Part shown: positions 40,119 through 53,305 of the stretch, in pieces
Layout of the letters: each line of letters opens with the position of its first letter
Numbering within the stretch: the stretch's first letter is position 1
From: Octopus vulgaris
Taxonomy: Eukaryota
Reading direction: 5' to 3'
Length of the DNA stretch: 64,000 bases
Assembly: GCA_951406725.2 (NCBI GenBank)
Contig: OX597836.1
Location: 31,248,001-31,312,000 of the forward strand
The notes under the pieces: model-generated
What the model was told of the DNA's origin: nothing
What the model saw: only the letters and a program-made list of their open reading frames with translations
Database searches by the model: none
Position numbers and translations under genes: made by a program

Positions 40119-40550
40119 CAGGAATGGCTGTGTGGTAAGAAGCTTGCTTCCCAACCACATAGTTTCAGGTTCAGTCCCACTGCATGGTACCTTGGGCAAG
40201 TGTCTTCTACAACAGCCTCAAGCCGACCAAAGACTTGTGGGTGGATTTGGTAAACAAAAACTGAAAAGAAGCCTGTCACACATATATATGACATGTGTGT
40301 GTGTGTGTGTGTACAGGGGGGCGAGTATGTATTTGTGTGTCTGTGTTTATCCCCCCCCCCCCACTGTCGCTTAACAACAGATGTTGGTGTGTTTACGTAC
40401 CTGTAACTTAATGGGTTCAGCAAAAGAGACTGATAGAATAAGTACTAGGCTTACAAAGAATAAGTCCTGGGGTCAATTTGTTTGACTAAAAGGCGATGCT
40501 CCAGCATGGCTGCAGTCAAATGACTGAAACAAATAAAAGAGTAAAAGAGA
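40119..40550 (+). mobile_element. Full-length copy of the bipartite SINE
   Basis: Same head, microsatellite and tail. Other plus-strand copies at ~9794-10165, 10909-11420, 20081-20430 and 28793-29100; heads only at 57540-57650 and 59465-59620. Confidence 0.85.
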
Positions 40551-42123
40551 GTTGGCCTAACGTGGAATAGCTGCCAAGGACTGCATTGATTGGTTGCTAA
40601 TTTGGCATAGAATGGTTGGTCAGTACGGTACAGGATGTTTGGTTTGGATGGTTGGTGCGAATGGTATGGGATGTTTGGATAGTAGGAGATGCTTACTTAA
40701 CCCTTTTGATACTAACCTGCATGAAACTGGCTCTGTTTTCAAAAGTTCTGAATTAAAATCTTCCACCAGACCTTAGTCATAATTTATGTTCCTAACACTA
40801 ACTTAATTATAACTAAGCTATTTTACTAAATTTTTTGTTATATTTAATCCTTTCGATACCAAGCCAGCTGAAACCAGCTCTGGCTCTGTAGTACAAATGT
40901 CTTGTTTTCATAAGCTCTGAATTAAAATCTTCCGCCAAACCTTAGTCACAATTTATGTTCCTAACACTAGCTGAATGATAACTAAGTTATTTTACTAAAT
41001 TCTTTGTTATATTTAAAATTAATTGAAAGAAACACAGAGCATCTCAGCAGAAATATGGTAGCAAAAGGGTTAAAGATGAAGTAATATCAATGTTGTGTAG
41101 GTTTAAGAGGACACCAGTTGATAATGAAATTTCTTCACAGTCACTTGACTGCTAAAAATAGCAGCCAAATTTTTTGTAAACATTCTTGGCAATCATCAAC
41201 TCTCTACCAGAGAACTATTTAAGTATTAGAAAGAAGATACAGCTAATCTCTTTCATAATAAATATATATTTCTATGTCTTGAAATTCAGATATATTTTTT
41301 TATGATAATTCTAAACAATAACACTCGTTCTCTTTTTGTATCTAATTAAATATATTCTGTATTTAATGTCGAAACATCAGAAGGGTTTATCTCAAAAGCA
41401 AGGAAGCTCACAGCAGCAACCAGATTTCCCTTGACAAACCCACCACTGTCTTTAATAACTTGGTTGATCTAACAGCCCACGTTTTTGTAATACAAACAAG
41501 ACAGTGACATTTCTTCAACAGATATCCTAACACAGAAGGCAGAATTGATTATCCTATATCTTTTATCATGTACTTGATTCAGTGCTTGCACTGTGACCAT
41601 ACTGGAGTGCTGCTTTGATTAGCTGAACAAATTGGCCCCCACTACTTATTCTATCATAGTCCTTTGCTGATGAACCAGCGACATAGACAAACCAACACTT
41701 GTTGTCAAACACACAGAGGCTTCTTTAGATTTCCATCAACCAAATCTATAGACACGTCTTTGGTTGGCCCAGAGTTATAGTAGACAACTTACCCAAGGTA
41801 CTGTGCAATAGGACTGAACCCAAGACCATATAGTTAGGAAGCAAGCTTCTTAATCATACAGCTACATCCATGCTGGATTACCTTTATGTAAGAATTTCAA
41901 TTTAAAACAAAATTTTGCTTGTTGCTGATTAAACTTTGCTACCAAGTAGCAAACGATACTTAAGTACATTAATGCTTCTATAGTCTTCTTACTTACACTG
42001 TACCTAGCTTCAAAAATTGCTTCCAATTAAACAATATTTTATATATTTCATCATTTCAATATAATTTTTATAAAAACACTGCTTATAATATTCAAAAATT
42101 TTAGAAATTAAATATTAAAAGAT

Positions 42124-42325
42124 TAGGGAAAGTTTACGAAAAAAACAAAAGACGAAGATAGGTGGTGTACAAAACAAACAGATGTATTAGTATAACGCTC
42201 AGGAATAGAAAAAGTCTTTTATGTTTCGAGCCTACGCTCTTCTACAGAAAGGGATACAGAAAAAACAAGGAAGAAACAAGGAGAGAAAAAAATGTGTGTA
42301 GTGGCTAACGATCTATCATGGCGAT
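42124..42325 (-). mobile_element. Penelope-like terminal fragment (family A) with hammerhead-like motif
   Basis: Minus strand 42252-42215 reads CCTTT-CTGTAGA-A-GAGC gtag GCTC-GAA-ACAT-A-AAAGA. The downstream sequence is clearly homologous to 295-383. Confidence 0.55.
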
Positions 42326-43168
42326 CATATTATATTAATTAGTATGTAATTGAAGATAATATGTACTGAAGTGTAATAAATTAAGTATTAGGTCTTGAGT
42401 TTGTCCTAACTGAACTAGATGTATCTTCGGATATATGGAATAAATATGCATGAATACATGCATGTGTATGTGTGTCCATGAGTGCACATGCATACACTTT
42501 ACAATTGAGATTCATATTGGTTTCTTCTTTGGTAATCTTCTGCTTCCACAGACTTACTAGAACAATGTGAAGGAAGTTCTTCATGCTGTCTGTATTCAAG
42601 TATATGGCATATTGCAAAACTATCCAATGACTATTAGTGGTGGTGATAGTAAGGATGATGGTAGAGGAAGGGATCATGGTAAGGGGTAGCAAAACAAAAC
42701 TGCATTCATAAGTGTGTGTGTGTGTGTGTGTGTGTGAATGTAACAGTATGAAGCAGTTGTAAGGGGTGGAATGGGGGGTAGACAGAGTCTGGCTTGTGGC
42801 TCTGCTGGAGTTATTTACTGCTAAGCTAAGGACTTCTGTGAATAGATAACAAAGGCACTGATAACAATGGTAAGGAAATAGGGTGATGAGTAGGGTGCAG
42901 GGAGGACAAGCTCTGAACAATGAGCAATTAACAGAAGGGGGTGAAACAAAAAGGAAGATGAAGGAGCCAGAGAGATTTCCTGAAATATTAACCAAATGTT
43001 GAATGAGATTTTTTTTCTTTTTTATAGGGTGAGGAGAGGTATATTGTCGATGGTTTCTATCCTGTTGTTGTGCTATTCATTTAGCCCTAGGCTACTTCTG
43101 ATACAGCAGATTCATAATCAAGGCCATTCCATATTTTTCTTCAGACATGTCATCTCCTTTATCTAAAG

Positions 43169-43398
43169 CAGTGGTTCTCAGCCAATTTTTGTCTATGGAC
43201 CCCTTCGATTCCCATTTCCTATTTTACTTATGCTGGACCTCCTTAACCATTCAATGTTTTGAAATATTCTTTTATATTATTAGGAATTGTATTAAAATTA
43301 AAATTTTAATCTTTTGTGTATTTGCAGAAGTATTAGCAATTTATTGCACGTAAATTTTAACAATAAAATCTTGTATGGACCCCAGTCGAGGACCACTA
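43169..43398. mobile_element. hAT-type MITE
   Basis: CAGTGGTTCTC...GAGGACCACTA termini with an 8-bp TSD-like pair atctaaag / atctaatg. Confidence 0.65.
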
Positions 43399-43809
43399 AT
43401 CTAATGCATCCTTTCATTTTAAAGCTAGTACAGTATGAGGAGAGAGATTTAATTGCTATTTCTAGCAACCACACAGAAGCTATGAAACACCCCCATCCCC
43501 ACCCTCTCAAATTGTTGCTTTTTTTTTGCTAGTTGGGTAATGTTGATATAAATCTGTCCTTGGAGCTGACGATCTCTGATCCAGAGACTTAGGCCTCTGC
43601 AGGATCTGACACTGATCTGACACAGCAGACCTATGATCGAAAATTGAACTCAATGGAATTTGGACAACACAAAAAGCCCGAAGAAATGAAGAAGAAATGC
43701 TGCTAGATATTTTGTCCTGTGTACTAACAATTAAGTCCTTCGACAATAAATTATGCTTTTTATCTACATCTGTTGCCAGTCTTCATTCACAACTAGCCAA
43801 CCTCTAGAC

Positions 43810-44354
43810 CAGTGGTTTTCAACTGGGGGTGGGGTCCATATAGGATTTGGTGGGGAGGGGGTTCCCAATAGTATTTTAAGGGTCTCTGAAAACATTTTGC
43901 TTTAGATGTATGCATAGGTATGTATTGCAAGAAACAACTAGGTTTCTTTCTCTAACATTTTACATAGTTGAACCTTCATAAGTTAATGTGTGAAAAACAA
44001 AATTGGAATCTTGAAAGAAGCTTCTAGAAAACTAGATTTAAATATCGAATGGGTATGAATAAAATAGCAATCAAAGGGAGATCCATGCCAGCAAAATAAT
44101 GAATTGGGGATCAAAAAAATTTTTTGTTTTAAATGTATGTATTGGTGTGTATTGCAAGAAACAGCTAGGTTTCTTTCTCTAACATTTTACAAAGTTGAAC
44201 CTACACAATGTGTGAGAAACAAAATAGGAATTTCGGAAGAAGTTTCTATAACCCTAGTTTTTAAACATTGTATGGCTATGGAGGGTGGGGGTCCACCAGA
44301 GTAAAATAGCAAACAAAGGGGTCCATGAATGAAAAAAATGGTTGAGAACCCCTA
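43810..44354. mobile_element. hAT-type MITE with internal ~200-bp duplication
   Basis: CAGTGGTTTTCAAC ... GTTGAGAACCCCTA, flanked by ctctagac / tgctagac. ~43890-44090 is duplicated at ~44120-44320. Confidence 0.65.
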
Positions 44355-45465
44355 TGCTAGACTGAAGCCACCCACTTTTACAGCTGATTATTACCATGCA
44401 GTCAAGACATTAGCCAACAAAGGAGTTTCTATGCTACTGCTCATCTAATTGCAAATAACAGCAAAACCTTCCCAAATCATACCTACTATCTTCTTAGGAG
44501 AAAAAGACGGAGGGAAAAAATTAATAAAACAGCATAATGCTGTACCGGAAAGATTGCATCTGAGTAGATAGATGATGGGATGGTTAATGTCTGGAATATT
44601 TTTCAAAAATTTTTAGGATCAGGATGGGGCTGAATCACAACAAGACAAGCTGTGTACAGGTTAGAACTGTACATTATATACCAGATATACCATACATGGA
44701 TTATGATATATATATAAACCTATTCTTTTATTTGTTTCAGTCATTTGACTGCAGCCATGCTGGAGCACTGCCTTAAATGAGTTTTAGTCAAACAAATCGA
44801 CCCCAGGACTTATTTTCTAAAGCCTCGTACTTATTCTATTGGTCTCTTTGCCAAACCGCTAAGTTATAGGGAAGTAAACACACCAACATCAGTTGTCAAG
44901 TGATGATGTGGGGACAAATACAGACACAAAGACACACATAAATATACACACACATACATACACACATATATACGACAGACTTCCTTCAGTTTCCATCTAT
45001 CAAATCCATTCACAAGGCTTTGGTCAGCCTGAGGCTAGAGTAGAAGATACTTGCCCAAGGTGCCACACAGTGGGACTGAACCTGGAACCATATGGTTAAG
45101 AAGCTAGCTTCTTACCACACAACCATGCCTGGCCTACGTAGCAGAAAAACAAACAAACTGAAATAATAATGAACAGCCTTTGAACCTTATAGGGATCTCA
45201 TCAGAAATAGCAGCTAAATCTCTCACAAGCCACACCATAACACCTTGAAAGCAATCAAAGAATATAGTCCTAAATACACAACATCTAACAAAAACAGAAA
45301 AAGGAAAAGCAAGAACTGGCAGAGGTGGCATATTTAGAACATCTTTAACCTTTCAGTGTTTAAACCGGCCATATTCAGCCCAAATATTTGTTCTGTTTTA
45401 AGCTCAAATTGGCCACATCCACATCTCACATCTAGCCTCTAATATCATTCTAAAGATAAACAATC

Positions 45466-45649
45466 ACATTATTTACATTTGCTGGATATTTGTCCTCATC
45501 TTGTTTGTTGTTAACACAACGTTTTGGCTGATATACCCTCCAACCTTCATCGGGTGCCTTGGGGAAATTAACAACAAACAAGATGAGGACAAATATCTGT
45601 CAAATGTAAATAATGTACATAATTCCCCATCTCTTAAATATAGAACTGT
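45466..45649. mobile_element. Penelope-like fragment (family C) with partial inverted repeat and hammerhead-like motif
   Basis: IR arms at 45466-45514 and 45568-45616. Minus strand 45556-45515 reads CAC-CCGATGA-A-GGTTG...CAGCC-AAA-ACGT-T-GTG. A flanking direct repeat ataaacaatcac (45456-45467 and 45650-45661) lies in the host TTAA-MITE. Confidence 0.6.
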
Positions 45650-46175
45650 ATAAACAATCACGTCATCAAAATCTCAGAATTATGAGATAATGCATGATTA
45701 ATTCAAAAGAATATGAATAAATAAGCATTATCTGTGACGAAATAATCTGAATGCTAAAGGGTTGATCATAGATTTGCACGATCAAGGCTGACCTCTGAGA
45801 ATGAGAAACAGAGGAATTCTCAACCTTCAATAACATTAATTATGGCATTAACGCAATACAATTTACTAATTTTTTTTCATTCTGTTTCATTATTCCTGTA
45901 ATTATTTACGGAAATTCCCTTTGAGAACATTAAGAATTCTCCAATGGTTGTTGCTATGTATAAAAACAAAATGGCTTTCCTTCAAAACCGTTTCTGAAAC
46001 CTCATAATCAGAAGGCAGTTCTTTCTATATATCCCTTCTTACCTTTATAGTCTTTATATCTCCATCCCTCCCACTCTCCAATGGTCCTTTATCTCTCATA
46101 TTCCTTCTCTGCTGCTTACACACACACACACACACAATTTAAAATAAGAACAATACATTTGGAGCATAGATTATA

Positions 46176-46567
46176 TCTATATATATAAAGCTGAAGTTGT
46201 CTGTGTATGGCAGGTTTGGTAGCCTTCAACTAACACTATCTCCTCTGAGACCCTGCGGCGCAAGTTGACCAAAATTGAGAGTATGATAGAAGAAGGCTCA
46301 CTCTTCCTTCTGTAGAAGAAAAAAATTCAAATCGGACCATGTTAAGATCAAAAATTATTTACATCAAAAAGGTGCTTTTTTTTCTATGAAAATCCCTATT
46401 TCTTACAATATTTTGACTGCTGTGTCGCCATTTTTCGGTGTATTTCAACCAGAAAAATGTTCACTTAAAGAGAATAACAAGCTACATAATGCAAAATTTT
46501 TACTTTTCAAAAATTCCAATTCTAAAGGGTCGAAACAAACCTGAGCAACGCTGGGCTATACCGCTAG
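46176..46567 (+). mobile_element. Non-autonomous Helitron
   Basis: A|TCTATATATATAAAG ... subterminal hairpin cctgagcaacgctggg ... CTAG|T. Inserted at an AT site with no TSD. Confidence 0.75.
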
Positions 46568-49500
46568 TTTATTTAAAAAACTACATATACATGTCCACAT
46601 ATATACAGATATGATACTCATACATATACAGATATTATACTTACACACACACACACCTCTAGGTTTCCAAGTCTAAAGAGAAATTAAATCTCAGATAACA
46701 TTTCATCTCCACAGGTAAATAACAACAGTAGCAGCAGTTCTTCACTCAATTACTCACATACTCTACAGGTGACTAATAATAATAAATATCTGAACCATCC
46801 TTTCAGTACAACTCCTCCAAAACAAGGAACTCCACCCTTTCTTTCATTTCTCCTTCAGTAGAGTTATCACCTCACCTCTAACAATGCTATATAAACCACA
46901 GAGAACTGTCATTTTATAAGCAACAACAACAACAGCAACAACAAAAATAATAAAAAAAAAAACTCTTATATTTAGCTAAACCTCTTCACAGATAACAAAG
47001 GAGTAGGAAACTTGTTAAGAACATCTCAAGTACCATAATTCTTATGTTTAATGCAAGTTCTCTGTAAGAATCGGTAAAAAAAAAAAAGGAAAAAAAAAAC
47101 ACAGAAAAAGAAAAAGAACTACTTGTTTCATTTATAATCTGAAATGAAAGCAGACAAGTGCAACTAAATGTTCTACACACACCATTCCCATGTGGCATAT
47201 TAAATTACTGAACTGCAGCTCAAACATGGCTGCGTTGCCACATTCTACATGTTCTACCATGAAATGCTGATGGAGTAACTCAGTGGTCCCTCGACTTGCT
47301 AGAAATCTAGAAATACACACCACTCTTGTTACATTGAATAATGTGTAAGCCTAGATATATTTATCTTTTGCTTGTTTCACTCATTAGACTGTGCGGCTGC
47401 GCTGGGGAACCACCTCGAAAGAATATTTTGTAAAATGAATTGACCCCAATCCTTTATTTTTTTTTTTGTTCAGCCCGGTACTTATTCTATCAGCCTCTTA
47501 TGCTGAACCGTTAAGTTACAGGGACATAAACACACCGACACTGGTTGTCAAGCAGTGGGCAAGAGGGATACAAACAACGCACAATGGTCTTCTTTCGGTA
47601 TTTTAGAAAATAATGGAATTTGCACATCCGTATACAGGTTTCCTGTTATAGGGTGGCACACACCACACAAACTGTATTTACTCATGTGTATTAGTCCATG
47701 TGTGAGAGAGAGATTTATATACAGCCATGAATATATTTTTTGTAAGCTGAAGTCTCGGTTATTAAATCTGACTATTTTATCGCCACAGGTAAACAAAAAT
47801 AATTTCCTTTATTGGCCACAAGGGTTCAAAACACTGAGGACATGACAAGGACGAAATACAAATGCAAAAATAGGGTTTACATCTAGTAAAAAGAAGTCAA
47901 TAAAAACAATGAATATAACAATAAAATTTTCAACACATTCCCCAACTGAGGGAAAAACCACCTGTGTAGAGTTCTTACCAAACAGCCATGCCTGTACCTG
48001 AACAATCAGGAAAGAAATGTATAGTTCGAGAACCTTCAAATTTTAATAAAACAAACAGCACCACAAAATCTATTGAATACTTTTATTCCTGTTTGAGAAC
48101 ACAAATGTTCACCAATCCATCTGTTCCAGCCCTTATCTATTTTCCAAGTAAAGTTTTGGTTTTTCATTTCACTGGTCCTCGCATGTTAAAAGCTGAAACT
48201 TCAGGACTTTAAACAAAGACACTAATTTTTTTCCTGAGATGTTGTGAATGAGGACATGTGAAATTAGTGAAACGACACACACACACAACGGCTTCTCGGT
48301 TTCTGTCAAATAATTCTGGTCACAAAGCATTGATTAGTTAACTCAAAACTACAGCAGAAGACATCTGTCCAAGATGCCACACAGCAGAACCAATCTCAGA
48401 ACCACTTGGTCATGAAACAAACCTCATAACCATAAACCCACACATGCTCCTATATAATATATAATTGTGTAAACAGAAGAGAAAAACTATCACCAGAAAG
48501 AAACAAAAAACCAGCAAAGAACGAATTGACAAAGCCCTCCACACTTAACAATCTATGTTGTATTCTATATTATAGCCAACTTGTGAAAATACTGACTGAA
48601 ATACATCCCCACAAAAGTACATTTCCCATACAGGGCAAACCACTTTGACAATCTTTAACAATTGAAGAATTTTAAACAGTTCTACAGAAGGAGAAGGGAA
48701 CTGTGCCAGTTTCATTCTCCTCTTAAAATAATGGTTTCTCAAACAAAGGCAGAAAGTCAGACATTCTGAAAAAGAAAGAGAAATATCGACCCCACCTCCC
48801 AAAATATAGCTTGTACTAGTGCTTGTGGAAAGTTGAAACACAAAATCGACTTTGGCAGGATTTAAACTCGGGATGTAACTAAATGCTATTAAAAAGTCCC
48901 TCTAACCCTTTTGATACCATCATGCCTAAACCTGCTTCTAGTTTTATGACAGAAGCTCCCTGTTTGAAAGAGATGAAAATTAAAACCTTCCATTAAAATT
49001 TCATGTCAAACAACCTTTCTAATGGCAAAACAATTTTCACAAATTCTCTATGATTTTCAAAACTAACTGAAACAAAGATTGTGTATTTCAACTGAAATTT
49101 GGTAATGAAACGGTTAACACTCTACTCTGGTACACACTGACCTGAGAGATAAGGATTTATAATAATCTTTTCAACTAACAGGCACAAAGCCTGATATTTC
49201 AGGGATTGGTCGAATTGATTACACTGACTCCAGTGCTTGACTTGTACTTATTTTATCGACCCCGACCCCGAAATGATGAAACCCGGCTGAAACTGGCTCT
49301 GACTCTGTAGTACAAATGTCTTATTTTCATAAGTTTTGAATTAAAATCTTCCACCAAACCTTAGTCACAATATATGTTTCTAACACTAGCTTAATGATAA
49401 CTAAGTTATTTTACTAAATTCCTTGTTATATTTAAAATAACTGAAGGAAACACAGAGCATCCCAACAGAAATACGGTAACGAAAGGGTTAAAGATTCTGT

Positions 49501-51022
49501 CAATTTCCCCACCCTATTAATAATTCTTACTACTCAAGGCACAAGGCCTGAAATTTTGAGGGAGAGAGCTAGTTGATTACATTGATCCCAGTGGTTGAAT
49601 GATTCTTATTTTATCGACCCTGAAAAGATGAAAGGCAGAGTTGACCTTGGCAGAATTTCAACTAAGAACATGAACATGGACAATATGCCATTAAGTATTT
49701 TGCTGGGTATGGTAATGATTTTGCCAGCCCACAATCTTAGAAGATCATTTCTAATACAGGCACAATTAGGAACAGAAGGCACAGTCAATGACAACAACTG
49801 CAATGTTTATTTTTCACATAGGCAGTTTGTTCTCTCTCTTGTATGTCCATTAAACTGACCCTAAGACACGACTAGTCTTCATTTTATTTGGAACCCACCA
49901 GCCCAAAAGATGAATGGCAAAACTGAGTCAAAGTGGATATGAACTTACTTAGAATTTAAAGGTATATAACTAAATACTGCAAGGCATTTTGACTGACACT
50001 CCACAAATTCTGTTAAAATGTCCGTCACTGACACTAACATTATCCTTACCTCATTTTTAAAATAATGCAATCCAATTAAATACAGACTGGCCATTTCAGC
50101 ACAAGACGCAGCAGCAGCAGAAGAAGAGGAGTTTGAAATAGCTGCACAGCAGCTGAAGAGGAAGTGAGAGGAAGAGAGCTAACGAGAAAACAATCATTAG
50201 TCTGTCGAGTTTAATCAACTCAGCTGGGGTAGGAGAGGGTAGTAACGTCTGAGATAAAAACCTTAATTAGTCCAGCATATGTGAAATATCAGAGATTGGT
50301 CGAATGGAACTTCTTCCTATCCCATATAGCACAGAAAAGGCATTGTGTGTGTGTGTGTGTGTGCATGGGTGTGGGGCTAAGAGAAATATATGCTATATAT
50401 GAGAAAAGATAAGTAATTACTAGTTCTGGGGCATTCTTTAATGGACATTGGTAGACAAGTAATTAATTAGAACAAAACAGACATCATTAATTAACTTGGT
50501 CAAAACCATTGAAATATGTAACTGAATACATTCAGAGGTGGGCAACACACAACTAAACAGATAACAAGATCTTGCAGACCAATGATGAAGACTAGAAGTT
50601 TAAAGGAAGTCTTTGTTTCTTCCTTCTTTCCTTCCTTCCTTCCACTCAATCTATTCATTGTCAGAGAATCCAGTCAATAATTATCGACTAGAATGTCTTC
50701 CGCCTCAAAATTCATTCACACACACAACTTTTATCATTTATTTGTTTCAGTCATTGGATGGCAGCCATGCAAGGATACTGCCCTGATGAGTTTAGCTGAA
50801 CAAACCGACCCCAGTACTTATATTTTTTTTAAAACCCAATACATATTCCATCAGTCTCTTCTGCTGAACCACTAAGTTACTGGGATGCAAATAAAGGCAG
50901 TGCTCCAGCATGGCCGCAGTCAAATGGCTGAAACAAATAAAAGAATAAACCAACACCAGCTGGTAAGTGGTGGTGGGGGACAAACACAAAGCCATAGGGT
51001 AAAAAGGGTATAGACTGCCTTC

Positions 51023-51345
51023 AGTCATAAATGACCATGGGATTGCACCTAGAAAGCCCCCACAAGACACAAGTTTGGGCAAGGTTGTATATGGAAGACC
51101 AGCAGTCGCCCATGCATACTAGCCTCCCCTCTCCATGCCACCAGTGTTATCCAAGGAAAAGGCAAAGGTCCATACAGCTTGGCACCAGTGACATTGCAAT
51201 TCATTTCTACAGTTGAGTGAATGAGAACAAAGTGAAATAAAGTGTCTTGCTCAATAACACAACACACTGCCCAGTCCAGGAACCAAACTCACTACCTCAT
51301 GATTGTGAGCCTGACTCTTGAACCACTGAGTCATGTACCTTCACT
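51023..51345 (-). mobile_element. tRNA/CORE-like SINE with an RTE-5'UTR-like segment
   Basis: The head and core are followed by gccaagctgtat...cctt(t)ccttggataacactggtggcatggagaggggaggctagtatgcatgggcgactgctggtcttccata. A second copy is at ~55946-56255(-). Confidence 0.65.
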
Positions 51346-53266
51346 CAAAGCCACAGACACATAGATATTCATAGACACATAGATATTCAGAAATGATGAG
51401 CTTCTTTCAGTTTGTCTACCGAATCCACTCACAAAGCTTTGGTCAGCCAAGGCGCCGTGAAATGGGACTGAATTTGGAATCATAAGGTTGGGAAAGAAGA
51501 CTTTTTACCATCCTGCCAAATACATATACACACATTCATGTGTGTATCTGTGTGTGTGCATGCATATGTACACATGTTACCACAAGCTGTATGTATCACA
51601 AAGAGGAACACCAAATCACTTTTGTACAATATAAAAACAAACCTTCTCCCCTGCTTTCCCTAAACTTTTAGGTCAAAATGACAGAATATATAAATAGACA
51701 CCAGGGGACAGGAAGAAATATTTCCATTGTGTTGTGATGTTTATTTATTTATTTTTTTTCTGACTGGCTTCAGTCATTGGACAGTAGCCACAGAGGGGTG
51801 GGATGGGGGTGGGGTGGGGAGATGGTCACAGTCATATATCATGTTGATAATACTACTACTACTCATACCACACCCAATAATTGTAGACTGGCACTAGCTG
51901 ACCCCAGTAAGATGAAAGGGAGAGGTGACCTAGCAAGACCTTTAACTCATTCACACAAACTCATACTTCCCCATGGTTGGTAAGTTCTTGCATGAATGCA
52001 ACAAATGCCTAAGTTCATATGGGTATATAAATAACAAATCCAATTTTAATATAAATCCTTCATTTTCATGAGACACAGCTGGAAAGCAAGCAGATAATAC
52101 ATGCTGTATATGTAGCCTAGTTCAAATGATATGGTTTTGGTTTTTAAAACTGCATGCTTAGGGTTAAGTACCAGCAGTTGCTCCTGATATAAACATTGGA
52201 AGGGAAAACCTTGGCTGATGTCTCCCCCCACCCCCACCAAGATATTTTCTCTGCCATCTACTTTTTGATACACTCTAAGACCAAAATTAAAACTAAACCA
52301 ACCAATCCTGAAGTCAGTCGGTAATTAGGTCAACAGTTTACTTGGGTACAGTAATAATTGTACCACAAGAGCCCTTGGTCACTGCACATGTGTCAACAAT
52401 GAATTAGCAATATTGATATTGGCCTTACTTCACCCACTCCTCCCCCTACGCTTCAAGACAACTATGGAGCCTCTGCTTGATCTGCTAGAAATAGCAGCCA
52501 AGTCTCTTTCAAATCGAATGCTACCACTTTAATAATTAGGAGTAGGGGGCACAATGAATAATGTGATCTAGAGTTCTCTGTATAAAGGAGAAAAGAAAAA
52601 AAGAATAGCCATGTCTGAAATGCCTTTGACCACAAATTTTCTTAATGAGGGAGATTAACTGGGGCTAAATGACATACATTTCATTTATGTAGTAGACATT
52701 TGATACATACATATCATTAGCTTGATTTAATGCCCTTTTTTCCAAGCTGGCAATGGACTGGATGGTTAGATATGTAGAAGCAAGCCAAGGGGCATGGTTT
52801 CTACAGCTGGATACCCTTCTTAATGCCAAACACTTCACAGAATGTACTGGGTGTTTTTTTTTTTACATGGCACCAGCACTGATAAGGTCATGAAGTAAGT
52901 TACAAAACAAGACCCTTCAATGGAGGTGGGTATGGAATTGAGGAATAAGAAACTAAGAAAGAGAGACAGGAACAGGTGTCTTGCAGAAGGGTTTGCATAC
53001 ATGGCTTACCAATCTGGAAAGAGAGTGACTTGTGTGTGTGTGTATGTATATATATATCATCATCTTCATTTAATGTCCGTCTTCCATGCTAGCATGGGTG
53101 GGACGGTACCACAAGAGCCAGCCAGGCCGAAGCCTGCACCAGACTTCTTCGACTGTTTTAGTAGGATTTTTACAGCTGGATGCCCTTCCTAACACCAACC
53201 ACTCAGCAGAATGGACTTAGTGCTTTTTACATGGGACAAGTGCAGGCGAGCTAAGTAGTGCTCATA

Positions 53267-53305
<39 letters not shown>

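Noticed and set aside
42381-42995. Longest ORF in the track (204 aa)
   Set aside because: Low-complexity sequence that crosses a microsatellite, has a non-ATG start and shows no domain similarity.
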